From the NCBI GenBank assembly GCA_043228905.1, contig JBHGNT010000004.1, positions 21,762,001-21,826,000 on the forward strand: DNA of 64,000 nt, given 5' to 3'. Below the pieces are notes generated by a model, which was not told the origin of the DNA, searched no databases, and saw only the letters and a program-made list of their open reading frames with translations. Source of the DNA: Azolla caroliniana (lineage: Eukaryota > Plantae > Polypodiophyta). This document shows, piece by piece, positions 50,276 to 62,212 of the stretch. The position numbers and the translations under genes were made by a program. The stretch's first letter is position 1, and every line of letters begins with the position of its first letter.

Positions 50276-50491
50276 GTTCTTCTTCTTCTCATACAGAGGA
50301 GGAGGGGGACAGAGCAGGCCCCAAATTTCTGAGAAATCTCCTTCTGTTAAAGAGAAAGAAGGGAACAGGGGAGGAGAGAGAAGGAAGAATTTCCTTGTGA
50401 AAATGAGTATATTATATACATACATATATATTTATGTATGCATATGTATATTTATAAAATTATATGTATGAGATTTATGGCTTCCCCCTCA

Positions 50492-50524
<33 letters not shown>

Positions 50525-50530
50525 CCAATC

Positions 50531-50652
50531 CACGTGGCATGCAAGCCACATGTCGCCATGTGACACATCGCCTCATCTCGACACATGGCAGCCTCCTGTT
50601 CGTCGGTGCTGCCACGTGGTGGAGCCGTAAGATTCCCACGTTGTGGCACGTG
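50531..50652. promoter_or_regulatory. G-box/ABRE cluster upstream of the DUF789 gene
   Basis: CACGTG at 50531, 50613 and 50647 (two in ACGTGGC/GCCACGT context), plus CACATG variants, 250-380 bp upstream of the ATG. Confidence 0.55.
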
Positions 50653-51779
50653 GACAAGGGGAGTGATAAAATTATACCCCCCCCCCCCCCCCCACAACAC
50701 CTTTCATCAATAGATCTCTTTTTTTTTTGAGCTTGGGCATATCCCTAGAATATCACACACACACACACACTCTCTCTCACACACACACTCACAACCTCTA
50801 GCTGTCTTCCTTCATGAACCAAACAAAAAGAAGAAGAATAGGAAACTTAGGTCTTCCTCTCTTATCTCATCAGTTTCTCTATTCTCTATTCGTAGTCTTC
50901 GTCTTCGCCTCCTTTGTGGACCCTCCCAAACAAAACAAAAAGTAGAAGGAACGTGGGTTTTCTTTCTTATCCGTGTCTTTGTCACCTCGCTAGGACCACA
51001 ACATATATGTATATGTTATGTATGGGGTCACTATTTGCTACTCATGTGCATCTTCTCATCAACATTGAGCTGCACTAGACCATTGCATTTTGTGTTTGTG
51101 TGGTGATTCCATTGATTCGTCACCATCTAGTTGTGTTGTTATCTGTAGACATTAGGTACTCTCCTGGGCATCAACGCGTCACCATCTCATTGTGCACAAC
51201 ACATTACATGTGTGTGTGTATGTGTGTGTGTTTGCTTGTGAGCATTAATGACTCATTATTGTTTACTTATCTATGTATAACACAACTTTTGTGCATGAAA
51301 AGGCCTTGGGTACTCGTGAACATTGATTGTCTCATTTCCATTAGGCTATGCCATGACACATGCCTCGTCCATTCAAAACAAGTTAATTGTTTAACTATTG
51401 GTGGGATTTTTACGAGGGAATCAAGCACCAAGAGTGCATTTTTACTTGGACAGATAATATGCATTTATCTTACCCTTCACATTATTAAACTAAACCTAAT
51501 TCCCTCCGCCTAAAAAAGGATTGGCTTCCATAATTGATAATTTTGAATGTGAATATTTACTAATATACTAATTTATTTCGTTTCATATTCAATGTTTTGT
51601 TTAAAATGAGATCAATGAAGAAGAAGAAGAAGAAGAATGAAACAAGATAATAATGAAAAGAATTAAAAGGTGCTCTATTATTCCTACATTACAAGGTTTG
51701 ATTCGTAAAAATTCCACCCACAATAGATAACAACCATACATTTTTCACATGGATATGTGTCTTCATAAGAATGAATACT

Positions 51780-52012
51780 ATTACTATGGATTGTGTTGCA
51801 CATGGGAATGCAATATAACATCTTTAACGAGCAAAACTTTCGATTGTTGAATTTGTGTATTGTACATGGTGTGTCATGTCATATAGACATTGACCGGAAA
51901 TTGCAACACATGTTTGCCATGATGTCGACATTTTTCGTCATCATTTTGCTATCTATTATGTTCTTATAAGGGTCATATTTGACCTCCGAGAATGATAATA
52001 AAATCACACACA
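51780..52012 (+). mobile_element. short LINE/SINE-like 3' end sharing the terminal hairpin of the 11060-11780 element
   Basis: GGTCATATTTGACCTC..GATAATA.AATC followed by a microsatellite, as at 11724-11780. The 5' boundary is uncertain. Confidence 0.45.
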
Positions 52013-54156
52013 ATATTTGTGTTTATTTCTACTTATGTATTCCATAACACCATTGGGGCTCTTAAAGTAAGCTCTTATACCTTTCCTTCTCTCTTTCTCT
52101 CTCACCACATATGATTTGTAACATCCACTTGTAGAAGTAATAGAGTATAAAATGTCTTCACATGGAAAGGGCGTCATTAAAAAGTAGGAAGATGGCTAAA
52201 TCATCATACTCCAACGCTAGAGCTATAAGCTATTGTACCAAAGTCCATAGTTTCCCCCATGTTCTCCATGTGATAATGCAAAAGGTTTTTGATATTAAAA
52301 AGGTACTAGGCATTGTGATAATGCATTGACAAAAGTGTAACATAAAAAAATACGCCTCATATAAGGCTCAAGCCTAATGCTCCAAGGGTATTTTGAAAAT
52401 ATCGATAGTAAGTTGTAACCTTTTTGGTCAAAAAGTTGGGGATAATAACCAAATATTGATCCTTTTTTTCTTATATTTTAAAAAGAATGGCCAACAACCA
52501 TAATCGTGCATAGATTGATAACATAAAAACTATTTATACTTTAATAATAACCTTTCGTGATCCAATCAATTGCTCTAAACTAACTACATGAAATCAAGTT
52601 CATTGTTAGGTATTTTGGATTCCTATATAAAACCTCTGGCACAGTTTCAATCGGTGACATCTTTTTACATCATGGGGTACAAACACCACTACACCTAATG
52701 TCGACCTAACACAATGTAATGTTATCCCCTCTTCTCCTCTCACAACTTATTATCTTTGATGTTAATAGGGAATGTCAAGTGGCATGGTTTGTGAACAAAT
52801 TTAGTAAGAGAAAAAACACAAACTAGGATGTAGAAATGAGTCGCACACAAGTTTCCTTGGAAGATCTCATAGCTAATGAATCATGATGAAAAATAATCAA
52901 AATAGTGTCTTTTTTTTATGGGTGGGGGGGAGAGATCTCCGGTTGAGAAAACACCATGTTTCCAATTTTATAAAACATTAAAAGTCAAGTAATAATTATG
53001 CATATTGTTCTGCATAATGAAATAAAGATGACTAAAAGAACCTAGAAAATCGATGATATAAACAGACATGATTTTCCATATAGTTAGTCGGATATATTGG
53101 GATCCTCGTAATGTGATGAATATAGGATGCTAATATATTGTTTTACATAATCATTACTAAGGCAAGAATTTTCTGTAACCCATTATGAAGGCATGGGATA
53201 CACTGTTATCTACCTTGAAAGTTTCTAGTAACATTGGGGGTTTTTTGAATAAAGATTATGTTGTATAGGAGCAGGTTGAAGAAGTATTGAAAGGTTCATA
53301 ATTATGACCTGCGAGGGCTTGTTTCCGAATATAAGTACTTTGGTTGTTGTCTATGGATATGATACCTTGCATTGTGGCTAAGGAATAGCGTACAATTAGT
53401 GGATTGTTTTTTCTATTTTGGATTTGTTTCCTCAACCAACGTCTTTCACAAGACGGGCTTGGGGGGGGGGGACTTTGTATGTTGTAGTTGTTATGACCCT
53501 TTTTATACAACTAATGGAAGGATATTTGTTTTGGAAAAAAGAAAAAAAAGAAAAGAATTTTGTGTAGCTCATGTGCAAGGGTCAATGACTAGTGTACATC
53601 ATTGGATTAATAAATGGTTGTTTTCTTGGACACCATTTAGAAAACAAACCCTTTGCCAGCTAAAACATATTTGACAACTCACCATGGCATTGCCTTTATC
53701 TTCTTAACAATTGCATAATGACCTCCCTTTCTTTTACAGTTGGTGACATTAGTGGATTGCTCTATACATAACATTTTCCTCGTAGTCAAAGTTACTGGTT
53801 ATGCACATGAACTAGAAATTTTAAGATAATGAAGGGTGTGTTCATACATATCACATTCATTTCAACTTGGCGTATCATTTCCTCTTTCACGTGCTGCGTG
53901 CATATAAATCCCACACATTTTTTATCATAATAAAAATTTACATATATGTCTCATATAGGCATTTTTGTGGAACTCCCAATGTTTTGTCATAAATGAAGTC
54001 ATCTTGGACAACAAGCACTTGCACATCCTTGCTAGTTAAATAATCCAAGAGTAAAAGCAAACCATGACATGGAATCAATTCACAATAAGCCTTAACGTCA
54101 ATTATACGTGATAAATAACTTGAGGCATGTCATGGCCAAACAATCAATCCAATGCT

Positions 54157-55697
54157 CTAAAACATCCGATTGCTGAATTCATCATTGCCGTAGCCGAGAA
54201 ATATGCATGGATGAGATTTCAGATGTAAATTTCCCCTTTGGTCCTTAGCCACATGCACATAGGCAAGACAACTGAACACCCTCAAGTGTCGGTACGATAC
54301 GTCTTTGCCAATCCACACCCTTTGTGGAACATCTACGTCCAAGGGTGCTGAGGGTGATCTATTTATCACGTACACTGCTGTCATTAGCACCTCATCCTAG
54401 AATGTCTTGGACAATTTTGCATGTGCTAGCATACTTCAAACCCTTTCCATAATGGTCCAATTTATCCTCTCGGCCAGGCCATTAAGCTTTGGTGTCTTCG
54501 GCATGGTGTATTTGAGTTGGATTTCCTTTGATCGACAATATTCTTCGAATTGCCCACGGTATTCACCGCCATTGTCCGCTCGGACTGCTTTCAGTTTTCG
54601 GCCAGTCTCCCTCTCGACTCTCGTTTGGAACTCCTTGAAAATGGATAACACCTGGTCCTTCGTCTTCGATACGAAAGTCCACAACTTCCGACTAAAGTCA
54701 TCGATGAAGGTCACGAAGTACTGTGAACTAGCATGAAACTTTGAGTTCACATAGCATACATTGGTATGCACGAGTTCCAAGAGCATTCTCTTCCTTGTCG
54801 GCGGCCTTGTTCGGAAGGAGGTTCGATTATGCTTGCCCGCCAAGCAATCTATGCACTTCTCACGTTGCACGTTCTTCACCTCCGAAATGAGGTTATCATC
54901 GACAAGTCTTCTCATCCCCTTCTAGCTCATATGGCATAGCCTCTTGTGCCACAACTCACCGGTTGTGTCGGCTGCCACATTTACTTCCTCCTCGCATAAT
55001 CGAGCATGCATCAAGTATATTGTGTTGATTTTCCGGGCTCATGCCACGATCAGACTTCCCTCACAGAACTTCATGACGCCACTCCGGATGCTACCTGTGT
55101 AGCCTTCATCATCAAGCCGACTGACTGATATCAAATTCAATCTGACTTCCGAAACGTGTCGTACATCTTTCAACACAAGTCTGCACCTGGTTGACGTTAC
55201 CAAACACACATCTCCTATGCCGATAATTCGACATGCTCCTTCATTTCCCATCTTTATAGATCCGAGATCTCTAGCTCTATAAGATGAGAAGCATTTCCGG
55301 TTAGGGGTTAGGTGGAACGATACACCCGGATCGACCACCCGTGTCGATTCATCGCCGACAAGGTTCACTTCGTTTTGCTCACTGATGAGCAACAACTCCT
55401 CCTCACTTGTCGTGATAGCGGACGTGTTCTTGTTGTTCGAAATATTCTTCGGCTGCACACCGTCAACATCGTCCTTTTCCTTTCGGAAGTGTCGACAATT
55501 CTTTTGGAAGTGCCCCGACTTCCCACAATAGAAGCATGTGGGCCTTCCCCTCGACTTCGACCTCATCCCTGATTTGTCTCAATTTTGGGGACTTTGATTC
55601 CAGCCTCTTCCCCGATTCGTGTCACTTTTCGTGACTAAGGCCTTTGGGTCGGCAATGGACTCTCTGTCCTTTCGGCGAGCTTCCTCGTTTAGTAAGC
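54157..55697 (-). mobile_element. Tork/Tto1-like copia internal fragment (gag end, protease, integrase), same family as 31628-33350
   Basis: RSKSRGRPTCFYCGKSGHFQKNC, LWHKRLCHM, FVTFIDDFSRK, RADNGGEY, TPKLNGLAER, CIFLGYG. Confidence 0.9.
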
Positions 55698-55699
55698 TC

Positions 55700-56565
55700 T
55701 GTTGGCCGGTTCAGACGTCCAACTGAAAAAAGGGCGGAGAACGGTTATGAATCGAAATAGGAAAGGGTAGGGCCGAGCAATAAAGAAATGAGAATAGGGA
55801 GTAGGAAAATAGTAAAGATATTGAATTGGCAGTAACGGTTCACGCACAGCTGAACCCGTCCATGAGCCCTATAAAAAGGGCCATGGGAACCGTAGTTGCC
55901 TTTGTGGTAAAGTGTCCCCTCTAACAAAAAAAAATCGGTTGCGGACAACCAACCGCTTCTTTTCATCCATCCTCATTCGTGGGGGAGGCAATCCTGTGGT
56001 CAAGAAATGACTCATCTCTTCGAGATATTTGTCTTCTAGCGGTGTCTCTTCGTTTCATCCCCCGTCGCCAAAATTCGTAATATACCGCTATCGGGAAAAT
56101 CGTCATCACATCCTGCGGCGTCCTCTCCATTCTCGATGTGGCTCATGTAGTCCGCTACAGCTTGGGATAACACGGTGTCGAATATCTGGTCCTTTGTCTA
56201 TTTGACTCAAGGTCTTGTGTTTGGGGAAAAATGTTGATGGCTCCACCCTTGTCCCAAGGGGGTTCAAATGTGGGAGGAGAGGGAGAGATGCACAGAGAGA
56301 GAGTGAGAGATGCACAAAGAGAGAGTGAGAGAGAGGGAATTGAGACTAATACACAAGTTGAGGGGGTAACTCTAATATATTTTCTCTTTTTTTCATGCCC
56401 CATAGGTGGGGTTTAAATAGTACAAGATCTCACCATGACAAAAAGCCGAGTGGGGGTAGTTACACCTACTTACCCAACCTAACACTCACACATTAACATT
56501 TCATATTACACATTACACACCTTCCACATTACACCTAACCCTCTCGTACACCTATACGGGTAACA
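55700..56565. mobile_element. one or two LTR-like insertions
   Basis: Starts TGTTGG where the copia gag breaks. Contains TATAAAAAGG and a GA-rich block and ends TAACA. No TSD resolved. Confidence 0.4.
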
Positions 56566-56814
56566 AAAGAGAGTTGGTTTCACTTCGAATCGTTTGGGAT
56601 TCCAAACTGTAGGGGTTTACGTATGACTTGAACTGAGGATGACTACATGATTGTGGAGGAGACCAAGACAGCTACAATTGACTAGTTATGAAAAACATTA
56701 CACAAAATGTGAAGATTCGACACAGAGAAATTACAACACAGTTTCTTACACAGAGTATCAAGGGCAAACAGAATTCTATAATCAGTGCGAAGATACAAAA
56801 TGTTCGATTAACTT

Positions 56815-59800
56815 TTACACGGAAAGTATGGCAAAGTGGCCTTTGGTGGCCAACTACACAGAAGGATGTTGTCGTGAAGGATGTGCTTCACGATATAAAA
56901 ATGAACTTAAATATTGTACTTAGTAATGTTTAAGAGACGTGAACCCTCAACCTTATCAACCAAGTACAAAGAACATACCACTAAGTTAAGTTATTTGTTT
57001 TTAGATTTACCTTTCCATCATTGTACTTATCCCATTGTCCATTTTCATACATGAGAGCTCAAATGAGAGAAACGTCTATCATGCATCACATGTAATGGAT
57101 GTATGCCAAATGGCTATCATGCATCACATGCATTTAATGCATTGCATGCATGTCTTGTACCCTCACATGCATTGTATGCATGGGGGCACCTATAAAAGAG
57201 TAAAAGGGAAAAGAGGGGAATCAATCAATCAAGGGAAAGTAAGAAATCAAATAATTTATTAAGCAAAGAAGCTAGCTCATTTGGGGAAGTGTCTTGTCTC
57301 TCGGTGTTGAAGTTGAGGGTTCAAATCAAGAGCTGGTAGAGAAAGGTTTCATCTTGCTATCAAGCATTGTAAAGTTGGTAAAATCTTGTTTTCTTAATAT
57401 AAATCATGTTCATATCATATACTTTTGTTTCTTAAATCATACCTTGTCTCTATCTTTTATCTATACTCGTCTCCCTTACACACATTAGTTTGTCTTCCTA
57501 TCCTTAATCTTTCTAACATCAACCCACAAGCCTTATAAAATATATAGCCAACTTCCTTTAACCTTAGTCCCTGCGACTTCACCACACAAACCACAACTAC
57601 CCTGACATAATTTGGTGAACCCGACGTGAAGGCGGCGACAAGGAAAAATGGAGGTGCAAATGAGGCTTATGTGTACGATGATGGAACGAATGATGCGGGA
57701 GCAAGGGATGATGGCAAGCATCGACAAAGTTGTTGACAATATTCCTGCATGAGAAGGGATCTTCGAAGGTATGAATTTAACAAGATTTGTGAAGATTTAC
57801 ATTGAGGAAATTCTTAAACAAGGTGTCGACGAAACTGCAAAAATTAATAGCTTTAGTCGAGTCGTTGCGATTGGGCTACAAGAAAGGATCCAGGAGCTAT
57901 AGAGAGAGCATCAAACATGGGCCACTTTCGAAAGAGCATTATTGAATGAATACAACCTCAACGATATGTCAAGGATGGCAAGGCGAGCTTTCATGGATTG
58001 GGTAGAGTTTGATAAACATTTAAGTGTTTTGGAAGTGTTAAAAGAATTTTCAGAAAGATTTGAGCAATTAAATGTTAGGGATAGAAATATAATAATGTCA
58101 GATAAAGTAATATTGTTTCTACAAGCTACTAATATTAAAGACAAGAAGGACTTGGGAATGCTTAAAGGAAGATCAGAATAGTCCGAGTGGACTTACTGAA
58201 GACTGGGAGGAGGTGAAAATGGCTTGTGCCCATTTCTGTAAAAGAAAGTTACGGTTTATGGAGCTGCCGGAGAGGAAGGGAAATGAAACGGGGAACGACT
58301 CGGGAGAGAAGAAAATAGAAGAGTCGCTCTTGCACGAATTAGTGAAAGGCATGAAAGACTTGTCGATCAAAGTGACAAAGCTGGAATCGGGACAAAGATC
58401 AACTTCGTCAAGGCAAGGAGGTGGAATGGTCCGAAGGTGTATGTGGTGTGACAGTATCGACAATCAGAAGAAAGACTGTCAAGAACATAGGGATGCTCTT
58501 AATCATGATAAAATCTATTATCATGATGGTAAGATTCATTCCACAGAGACTCAACAACCACTTCAACTCAACTTCGAGCGAGGTGGAATGAAAAAGCTAA
58601 TGGAAGATGCCGAGAGAGAAACAACTCAAGCGATACAATCTGTGGAAACGTTAGGGTTGCATGTAGAGGACTCATATGGTGAATCTGGCTTTTGGCAAGA
58701 TGTGATGGATTATGCAAGAAAAGGGAAGGTTTGAGCGGATGAATTAAAAAGAGCAGGAGATGAAATACGGAACTTCACTGGATGGAATGATCCAGTAGAT
58801 GCGCTATCAACATTGGCCCAAATGAATGCACAAGAGGTACTAGTGGAAGAGAAGCAAAAGAGAGCTGATGAGGCATATCCAGCAAAGAAACATGAGACAT
58901 GAGAACAAAAGAGATGAGAGATGGAAAAGGGTGCTCCTGAGTCGAAGGAAGCTAATAAAGTAAAAGGGAAGTCAGTCCCATCTTTCAAGCTTGCTTTGGA
59001 CATAGAAGCAACGACGAATATAAAATAGGTATTAGAAACATGGATATTAATTAGTAAGGTAGAATTTACTTTAAGAGAAGTGTTGGGTATAGAAAAGAAA
59101 GAATTTCATGAAGTTATCATAGATATTATTAGAAGAAAGAGACAGGTGACAGAGGAAATTACGGGAGGGTGTGCGGCAACACTCCAAGATTTGTATGGTG
59201 GCACCATGAATGCTGCAAGTGTAAAAAACAGAAATGATGTTGGGGTTCATGAGGGGATAGAAGTCACTATACAAGGGACCATTGGGCTCGAGAAACAACG
59301 GAGGCGCCTATAAAAATTGGGGAGCAACATATTCCTTGTATTGCTTTGATCGATCATGGATCCGAGATTAACATGATGTTGTCGAGATTTTATGCTGAAG
59401 GATGGTGGCCGATCGACAAGAATCATGGGTGGAAAATAAGAGCTTCCACAAAGACTACAGAGGATTTGTTCGGAATGTGTCCCAATGTCAAGGTAACAAT
59501 TGGAGATGTGTCGGTGCATAAAAATTTCTTCATGCAGGATCAAGAGTCAGGATGGAAGGAAGACAATCCAATTCTTAATCGTGAGGCCTAATCATAAAAG
59601 AAACAAAGAATGCTTGAGGGAACATTCAGTTCGGAAAGGGAATGAAGAGTTTTTCCAAGATTTTGCACGAACTTTGCACAACCAATGTGCAAGTTCAGAC
59701 GGGGTGGGTATCATGAAGGATATGCGTCATGATATAAAAATGAACCTCAATATTGTATTTAGTAATGTTTAAGAGACTTGAACCCTCAACCTTATCTACC

Positions 59801-61250
59801 AAGTACAAAGAACATAAGACTAAGCTAAGCTATTTGTTTTTAGATTTACCTTTCCATCATTGTACTTATCCCATGTCCATTTTCATACATGAGAGCTCAA
59901 ATGAGCGAGATGTCTATCATGCATCACATGTAATGCATGTATGCCAAATGGCGATCATGCATTGCATGCATGTTTTGTACCCTCAGATGCATTGTATGCA
60001 TGGGGGCACCTATAAAAAAGAGTAAAAGGGAAAAGAGGGGAATCAATCAATCAAGAGAAAGTACGAAATCAAATAATTTATTAGGTAAAGAAGCTAGCTT
60101 ATTTGGGGAAGTGTCTTGTCTCTCGGTGTTGAAGTCGAGGGTTCGAATCAAGAGCTGGTAGAGAAAGGTTTCATCTTGCTATCAAGCATTCTAAAGATGG
60201 TAAAATCTTGTTTTCTTAATATAAATCATGTTCATATCATATACTTTTGTTTCTTAAATCATACCTTGTCTCTATCTTTTATCTATACTCGTCTCTCTCA
60301 CACACATTACTTTGTCTTCCTATCCTAATCTTTCTAACATCAACACACAAGCCTTATAAAATATATAGCCAACTTCCTTTAACCTTAGTCCTTGCGACTT
60401 CGCTGCACGAACCACAACTACCACGACAACGTGGAGTCATATTGTATGCAGTGTGATCTTTGCCAATGAATGGGCCAACCAACAGAACGCGCTCATATGC
60501 CGCACCAACCAGTGTTGCCCTTGGAACCATTCCAGAAATGGGGCCTGGATTTCGTGGGTCCCTTCACCCCAACGACGACATGAAAAGGGAATCGATACAT
60601 TCTCGTGGCCATGGATTATTGCACGAAATGGGTGAAGGCCAAGGCACTTCGTGACAACATGACAACCTCAACGACAAAATTCCTATATGATAACATCTGG
60701 TGCCATTTCGGATGCCGCATAAAGCTGATCAACGATCAAGGGGGGCACTTCATCAACAAGGTTCTACACGAATTAATTGAACATTATGTTGTCATCCACA
60801 AGAAAAGCACCCCCTACTACCCCCAGGCAAACGGACTTGCGGAATCGATGAATAAAACCTTAGTACAGAATATCCTGAAGAAAATCGTCAATGAGAATCA
60901 GACGGACTGGGATACAAAGCTCCAAAGTGCACTATGGGCATATCGTACGAGTTTCAAGACAAGTACCCAGTCAATGCCATTCCGACTAGCGTTCAGACTC
61001 GAAGTAGTGATGCCAATCGAATTTCGGGTTCTCAATTTGCGTGTCAAAGTACGCGAACACTTGCCTGAAAAGGCATTGGAGCAAGTTCGGCTGGAACACC
61101 AACATCGCACTTAGATTTCGCTGGACCAGGCCATACTTGAAAACGGCACTTTCGAACTCGTGACACTAGCTGGTGAAGTATTGCCAAGCAAAGTCAACAT
61201 ATTCCGGCTGAAACCGTATTTGGGGCCCACGTTGCCAAACCCATTTTCAA
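56815..61250 (+). mobile_element. old Ty3/gypsy integrase relic split by a nested gypsy element
   Basis: KVWQSGLWWPTTQKDV (to 56869) continues ESYCMQCDLCQ after 60432. Then PFQKWGLDFVGP, DYCTKWV, NDQGGHF, STPYYPQANGLAE, WDTKLQSALWAYRT. Confidence 0.88.
56870..60428 (+). mobile_element. non-autonomous Ty3/gypsy element (LTR-gag-PR-LTR, no RT/RH/INT)
   Basis: LTRs 56870-57607 and 59709-60428. PBS TGGTGAACCCGACGTGA 57613-57629 (tRNA-Trp-like), PPT GGGGTGGG 59701-59708, TSD ATGT/ACGT. gag CMWCDS..C and protease ALIDHGSEIN. Confidence 0.9.
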
Positions 61251-61576
61251 AAAAGCTGGACACACTGACCGCCGGATCACTCCCCACCGAAGCAACAGCT
61301 CTGGATGGACCCCACACTCTCTAACTCGAGGGGATTTAATGTACCATTATTGTACCATGATGATAGATTACCGTTTTATTTGGAGAAAAAAGAAAAAAAG
61401 AAAAAAAGAAAGAAAGGGGGCATTCAGAGCTATGTAAAGCCTTTTTGCATGCAGACACATAGTCCAAGAAAGCAACTAACTACTCATTCACACACGTGGC
61501 AATGGCTTGATGAATATTGATCAAAGACCTCCCTTGCCAGTCCTCACAAAAAGAAGGTCGCAACGTCTTTACACGC

Positions 61577-62177
61577 TGTCGTGAAGATTTCCGGCTATAG
61601 TGTGAAACCGGGGTGGAATAGGGCCAAGTTGGTGGCGTGCAACATGTGCACATGTATAGTAAGGAACAATGTGTAGAATAAAGAGGGAGTATTTGTCCCA
61701 CATTGTAACACCCTCCCCTCCTTGGTCTATAAAAGGAGGGAGGGGTCCCTTGTTGAGGGGTTGCCCATTTTTGAGTTAGGAGGGTATACCGTTAGATTTA
61801 GGATTAGACAGTTTCTCCTATTCTTACTTCGTTCTAGGGTTTCATCTTGATTGTTCTTTTTCTTCTTGTTCTTGTTCTTCTTCGTCGTGTGGGGTGAGAG
61901 TTCATGTTTGTTAGGGTTTGCTTCTACTCGGTCTCCTGTGCAAGACCCTGCTCGGCGCGACGAACCCGAGAGCTCCCCGATCGGCGGCTTGGCAGCAGAC
62001 TGCTGTTGTAACCTACCCTACCTTGGTCCGGCTCGAAGTCGGGGTTGTATCTTTTCCCTTGTAATATACATACTCATATCTATTTGTGCATATTAGTGTA
62101 TTGGTGGTGTTGGGAGCATAGCCCGTTGTTTCCTGTGCATAAGAGTCGGTATCGCGCACATGCTTTCTTTCTTTCTT

Positions 62178-62212
<35 letters not shown>

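Noticed and set aside
57613-57629. tRNA gene
   Set aside because: Only a 17-nt complement of a tRNA 3' end next to an LTR, i.e. a primer-binding site.
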